NCBI GenBank assembly: GCA_019058275.1
Contig: JAHLVW010000110.1
Location: forward strand, 1 to 43,594
DNA length: 43,594 bases
Source: Candidatus Heimdallarchaeota archaeon
GTDB lineage: Archaea > Asgardarchaeota > Heimdallarchaeia > JABLTI01
Reading direction: 5' to 3'
The position numbers were made by a program, and so were the translations under genes. A model generated the notes under the pieces. The model saw only the letters and a program-made list of their open reading frames with translations. It did no database searches and had not been told where the DNA came from. Every line of letters begins with the position of its first letter. Position 1 is the stretch's first letter. Positions 38,726 to 43,594 of this stretch are shown here, piece after piece.

Positions 38726-41602
38726 ATGGTAAAAAATGAAAAAGTAGAAAAGTCCTTTAGCTATTCAATTAAGAAGATTATTCAGATTTACTTAAAGAGT
38801 GGAAAAAAGAGAATCATTTACACTTCATTTTTTGTATTGGTTTCATTTCTCTCAATGTCCTTATTATTCATAACTTGGTCTACTTATCAAAATGAATTAT
38901 TTAATACAAATATTTCAAGCTATTCATGGTATGGTGATGGCTTACATTCTTCCTTCACCGTTTATGAAAAAAATCTTGACTCATCAATTCCTTCAAACTA
39001 TATTGATAGAGGAATTAATGATGTAAAAAATGCTATAAGTAATGTAACATCTAATGCAGTTACAAAAGCTTCAGCGTCCTTGGAGATTTTCTTAAGAGGT
39101 CCAAATCCAATTTATGAAATTTTAGCTGATTATAAAATTAAAGCGTTTGATTTAAACACCAGTAGAATCCTAAGTCAAAGTCTTGTTGCTGGACGTATGC
39201 CAAAAAACGATTCGGAAATAATTTATTATAAAGCTGAAAATTTAATCTTAAATTTCTCTGTGAATGATACTATAGAGTTAAAACCTGATTTACCTGATAT
39301 GCCTATGAGAGTATTTACAATTACTGGGATTATTGACGATCTTGAAACAACATTTCAAATGCATGGATTTTCAAAGGATCTTATCTGGGAGAGTGCGAGA
39401 AATGAAAAATATGGTTATTCTACATACACCCAAAGTATTGGAACTTTTATAACTACTCCAAATTATTTATATAATTTAATAAATAATTTCACTGATTTCT
39501 ATTCAACATTCGTTTTTTTAGTAGACATTAAATATGAAGCAAATTCAATAAACTATTACGAACTGAATTCTTATTTACCAGGATTAAAAGAATTACAAAA
39601 TGGCATTAACTTAGATTTCACAGATAATGTATCTTTCAAAATGGCTGTAGACTTATATGATTTCATCAATAACTTTCATATGACGCAATTATTAGAAACT
39701 ACAAGATTAAGTGCTATTAGTATCATTATTGCTCTTTTATTTTTACTTGCTATCTCCGAACTTTTTTCTTATAAAAAACAAGAACTTTCTTCCATTTTCA
39801 ATTTAATGTTACGATATGGGTTAGATAGTAAACCAATAAAATTAACCATATTGACTGAAATTAGTATAATTACTTCCGTTGGAATACTAGGAGGTACAAT
39901 TCTTGGTATTTTTTCAGGTTTTATTTTTACTTTGATTTTAAAATGGGAAGTTTCTCTAAGTTCCTTTTTGAATAGTTTAGCTACTATTCAATTCTTAATA
40001 ATCTTTTTTATATTATCAGTCATACAATTTGTGCTTGGTATCTATTCTAGGCAATCTATTTTTAAAACTGTAAAAAATTCACAATTATCAGAGATAGAAA
40101 TTGAAGGCAATACAAGTTTTATAAATAAAATATTTTCATTTAATGAAATTTTATTTCTTTTTCCTGGCATAATACTTTTAGCAATTGGCATTCCAGGACT
40201 TCTTTATACAAATACTATTCTTGATATATATTCAAATCCCTATATTGAATTTCTAAAAGTTCTTTTTGTGACATTGCTTTTTATTGGGATTGTTCTTATC
40301 AGCTTCGCACTTTTTTATCTATTATCTAGAATTTTCTCTTATTTTTTTAAAATTTTTGGAAAATTTATTTGGCAAAAAAGAAAGAGCTTTCTAACATTAT
40401 CCCTTAAAAACATCTCAAAAGACTTTCGTTATTACCAAAAAATAATATTAGTTATATTTTTTATTGGATTAGGATTTATACCAGGTCTAACGATAAACAG
40501 TACAATTAACAATCATTTACAATTGAATTCAATATTAGCAACTGGATGTTCTGATCTAATAATTGATGATTGGAATTTGAATCAAACCTTAAGAAAGGAA
40601 ATAGATGATTTGAAAGAAATCGAATCAACTACAGAAATCATTTTTCTAGAATTTACTTCAATAGGTAATAATAATGTGAGATATTTAATTAAGATGCTTG
40701 CCATAAATGCAACTGAATTTGTCAATGTAGCAAATATTAACAAACTAAAAAAATCTAATTACTCCCTAGATGATATATTAGCATTAAATAGAAATATGAC
40801 CTGTTTGCTAGATGATAACTTTGTGCGAAATAATAGAGATGTAAATTTAAACAAGAAATTTACATGTAATAACTATTGGAAATCAGTTGATAGTAATGAG
40901 TTAGATGTTATACAAAGTTTTGATAATTTCCCATCATTACTTAACGTGAATAATCAGATACTATATCAACAAATTAATAAAATTGAACAGTTTCGAATGG
41001 TCGTGAATCTTCAGACCTATGAAAAGATGATGAATGATGTTTATAGCATAGAAATAACATCCTCCAAGCAACAATTATTGCTAAAAATCAACCAAAATTC
41101 AGAAACAAATAAGGCAAAAAGTCAGCTTTCAAACCTTTTTAATATTGTCTCCTTTGATTCTGAAGATGTTAAATCAACTATGATAAAAAAAGCATCTGTA
41201 TTTTCTTTACAAATTCTTTCAGTTATTTTGATATTTACAATATTTCTAACAATCTTATTTGGCTTCATTTATGGGAATAATCAATACCTGAAACGAATAA
41301 GGAATGTTGAGTCAGATTTTCGACTTGGTGCTACAAAAAATCAAATTTGGATTGGATTTCTTATAGAAATAATAGTATTAGCAACAATTCCCTTAATTAT
41401 TTCAGTAATTAGTGGCTTTCTATTAGTAAAGATTTATCCACAGTTTCTAAATATAGATCAAAGCTATATAACATATAATCTTTGGGAAAATTGGTGGGTG
41501 TTATTTGTTGCATTTATTATTGGAGAAATAGCTATCTGCATTGGTTGGTTATTAGGATTAATTCCTCAAATTAAATATTACAAACTACAAAAACAGGAAT
41601 GA
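38726..41602 (+). CDS. FtsX/MacB-like ABC permease 2
   Basis: LVAGRMPKNDSEI, FTITGII, RLGATKNQI; two repeats of TM / large extracellular domain / 3 TM. Confidence 0.85.
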   Translation: MVKNEKVEKSFSYSIKKIIQIYLKSGKKRIIYTSFFVLVSFLSMSLLFITWSTYQNELFNTNISSYSWYGDGLHSSFTVYEKNLDSSIPSNYIDRGINDVKNAISNVTSNAVTKASASLEIFLRGPNPIYEILADYKIKAFDLNTSRILSQSLVAGRMPKNDSEIIYYKAENLILNFSVNDTIELKPDLPDMPMRVFTITGIIDDLETTFQMHGFSKDLIWESARNEKYGYSTYTQSIGTFITTPNYLYNLINNFTDFYSTFVFLVDIKYEANSINYYELNSYLPGLKELQNGINLDFTDNVSFKMAVDLYDFINNFHMTQLLETTRLSAISIIIALLFLLAISELFSYKKQELSSIFNLMLRYGLDSKPIKLTILTEISIITSVGILGGTILGIFSGFIFTLILKWEVSLSSFLNSLATIQFLIIFFILSVIQFVLGIYSRQSIFKTVKNSQLSEIEIEGNTSFINKIFSFNEILFLFPGIILLAIGIPGLLYTNTILDIYSNPYIEFLKVLFVTLLFIGIVLISFALFYLLSRIFSYFFKIFGKFIWQKRKSFLTLSLKNISKDFRYYQKIILVIFFIGLGFIPGLTINSTINNHLQLNSILATGCSDLIIDDWNLNQTLRKEIDDLKEIESTTEIIFLEFTSIGNNNVRYLIKMLAINATEFVNVANINKLKKSNYSLDDILALNRNMTCLLDDNFVRNNRDVNLNKKFTCNNYWKSVDSNELDVIQSFDNFPSLLNVNNQILYQQINKIEQFRMVVNLQTYEKMMNDVYSIEITSSKQQLLLKINQNSETNKAKSQLSNLFNIVSFDSEDVKSTMIKKASVFSLQILSVILIFTIFLTILFGFIYGNNQYLKRIRNVESDFRLGATKNQIWIGFLIEIIVLATIPLIISVISGFLLVKIYPQFLNIDQSYITYNLWENWWVLFVAFIIGEIAICIGWLLGLIPQIKYYKLQKQE

Positions 41603-41607
41603 TATAG

Positions 41608-43270
41608 ATGATTGTAACATGTAAAGATTTAATAAAAATATACAAAGATTCAGTAAGAAAGATTAATGTTCCAGCTTTACGAGGATGTGATTTTGAAGTT
41701 AACCAAGGAGAATTAGTTTCTATTGTGGGGCCAAGTGGATCAGGTAAAACTACTTTGATAAATATTTTAGCTGGTTTAGATACACCATCTAGTGGAGAGG
41801 TTGAAGTTGCTGGATATAAATTGGATAAACTCAACCCTAAATTCTTGCAAGCATTTCGGTTACTAACAATTGGATTAGTAGATCAATTTCCAGAAAGAAC
41901 ACTTTTTCTTAATGTTACTATTGATGATAATTTGACATATGCTGAAAGTGTTATTAATAAACCAAATTCTTCAGAAAATTTATCAAACCAAACTATTTTA
42001 GAGCAATTAGGAATTTTAAAACTTAAAAATAGGTGTGTAAATACCTTATCTGGTGGTGAAATTACAAGGGTTGCCTTAGCATGTGCTCTTGCAAAAGGGG
42101 TTCCACTAATTCTTTGTGATGAACCTACTGGCCAACTAGATGGTTTAAACACTGATAAAATAAAATTTTTATTAAAAATGATAGTTCGAGACTTTGGTAC
42201 TACCATCATTGTGGTCACTCATGATAAAAGGTTTTTAGATGGTGTCGATAGAACATTTGAAATAAAAGATGGACGGGTAACAGCCATTCTTACACATGCT
42301 GAAAGAGTTTTATTACAACAGAGCCCAAAGTTTCCATTAAGATTTAAAAGTTATATTGATACAACCAGAACAATGCATGTACCTGATATGATATACAAAA
42401 CTTTAAAATTAACAGATTCAGGTGAATTCCTTCTTAAAAAAAAGTGGAAAAGTAGTGTTTGAAAATCCTAGTGATATTCAACCAGAGAAAATTAACTTAG
42501 AGCAACTTAAACCAAAAAGGGAAACAATTAAAAAAGTTCCAATAGATGACCATTATAGCGAAAATAAAGAACTTTTAATTATGCTTAGAAACCTCTCAAA
42601 AACATATAAAACTAAGGGCGGTTTAGTTGAAGCATTAACTGATACAAATTTAGTAATCTATAAAGGTGACATTTTATATATTATGGGTCCTAGTGGTTCT
42701 GGAAAAACTACTCTTCTCCGATTAATCTCAGGTCTTGAATTAGCATCAAAAGGCGAGATCTTTATTTTAGAAGAAAATTTTAGTAAATGGGATGATACCA
42801 AACGTGCAATCTTTCGTAGAGATAATATGGGAATTGTAGCACAACATGGAAATCTTAATCCATTTTTAACTATTAGTGAAAACTTAATCCTAAAAAAGAT
42901 TTATCAAGGTAATAAATTAACAGATACCATTGAACAAAATCAATCAATACTTAATTTATTTGTTGATTTACAAATCAAAGAAAGATTTCAAGCATATCCT
43001 TTAGAAATATCTGGCGGTGAATTACAAAGAGCCTCTTTAGCTATAGCTATAAATGAATCACCAAAAATATTACTTCTTGATGAGCCTACTGCAAACCTTG
43101 ATTCAGATTTGGCAAAACATGTAGTTAATCTGATATTTGAAAAATGCAAAACACTTGGTTTAACAGCATTAATTTCAACTCATGATTTAAATATTCTTAA
43201 AGAAGGAGTTCGTTTGATCGAGTTATCGGATGGACAGATTATTAAAAACAGCTATATTGCTAAGGCTTAA
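41608..43270 (+). pseudogene. tandem LolD/MacB-type ABC ATPase (probably one two-domain gene), frameshift in the A8 run at 42436-42443
   Basis: Two GPSGSGKTTL / LSGGE or ISGGE / DEPT / THD sets. With A7 the frames join as EFLLKKSGKVVFENP. Confidence 0.75.
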
Positions 43271-43404
43271 TCTTTTTATAACATATATGTATCTTTAACA
43301 GTCTTTCAATTTCTTCGAAATTACTTTATACACCTTTAGTAGATTCAGTAAAAATGCTATTGCAAAATATATTTTTTTCTTAGAGAGTAATAAAGACTAA
43401 TGAT

Positions 43405-43507
43405 TGGTGTGCGAGGCCGGATTTGAACCAGCGATATCCAGCTATCTCACTACCTAAGAACTTGGTAGCAGTGAGGCTGGCGTCATACCGAGCTAGACCA
43501 CTCGCAC
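43405..43507 (-). tRNA. tRNA-Val(CAC) with a 26-nt BHB intron (43444-43469), CCA encoded
   Basis: Acceptor GTGCGAG/CTCGCAC, D arm GTCTAGCTCGGTATGAC, stem CCAGC/GCTGG, BHB CTCA/TGAG with CTG and ATA bulges, TTCAAAT T loop, A73. Confidence 0.9.
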
Positions 43508-43594
43508 TTACCTAATTTTATCTGTTAAAAGCAACCTATTGAATATTTCTACAACCTTATGTACCTTTTATGTAAACATTGAATAAAAGGAATA

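Larger units (their letters stand above)
34909..43404. mobile_element. tRNA-Val-anchored genomic islet carrying an ABC transporter cassette (no integrase seen)
   Basis: Bounded by direct repeats that include the tRNA; visibly more AT-rich than the core genes. Confidence 0.6.

Noticed and set aside
2786-42218. Short antisense or overlapping ORFs in the track (e.g. 2786, 3242, 5257, 11528, 13844, 16869, 29572, 30962, 41883)
   Set aside because: They are shadow frames of well-supported genes or pseudogenes and carry no motifs.
33541-43507. Provirus or CRISPR array
   Set aside because: No integrase, capsid or replication genes; the repeats are tRNA-derived and kilobases apart.
1-43594. Alternative genetic code (TGA or TAG = Trp)
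   Set aside because: Both stops occur at Trp-like sites, TGG is used normally, TGA and TAG terminate many intact genes, and frameshifts co-occur in the same genes.

Overview
AT-rich archaeal chromosomal window. Archaeal origin is supported by a BHB-intron tRNA and TATA-like promoters. An AAR2-like gene and a chromosomal ParM/StbA-like actin-fold gene suggest an Asgard (Heimdallarchaeia-like) lineage, but that is inference. Left part (1-9.9 kb): tandem alpha/beta hydrolases, a DapA-family lyase, pepD, a nucleotidyltransferase, an AbrB-ACT regulator, an Nth-like glycosylase, a nitroreductase and a coiled-coil ArsR regulator with a 34-aa upstream ORF. A ~325-nt highly base-paired intergenic element with its own TATA-like box (10152-10476) looks like an unannotated structured ncRNA. 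It is followed by a DUF4129/DUF4350/MoxR/DUF58/membrane-protein cluster and an actin-fold ATPase (10.6-19.7 kb), then pirin, EndoV, tRNA-Ser(GCT), TldD plus two PmbA genes and a Hef-like SF2 helicase. The right third is accessory DNA: cassettes bounded by diverged duplicates of anchor-gene ends (helicase 3' end; three copies of the tRNA-Val 3' end), with no integrase visible. It carries an MFS pseudogene, a disrupted AAR2-like gene, a nitroreductase and a MacB/FtsX-type ABC cassette. About eight genes carry single nonsense or frameshift lesions. All family assignments come from motif recognition by eye; no database search was run.
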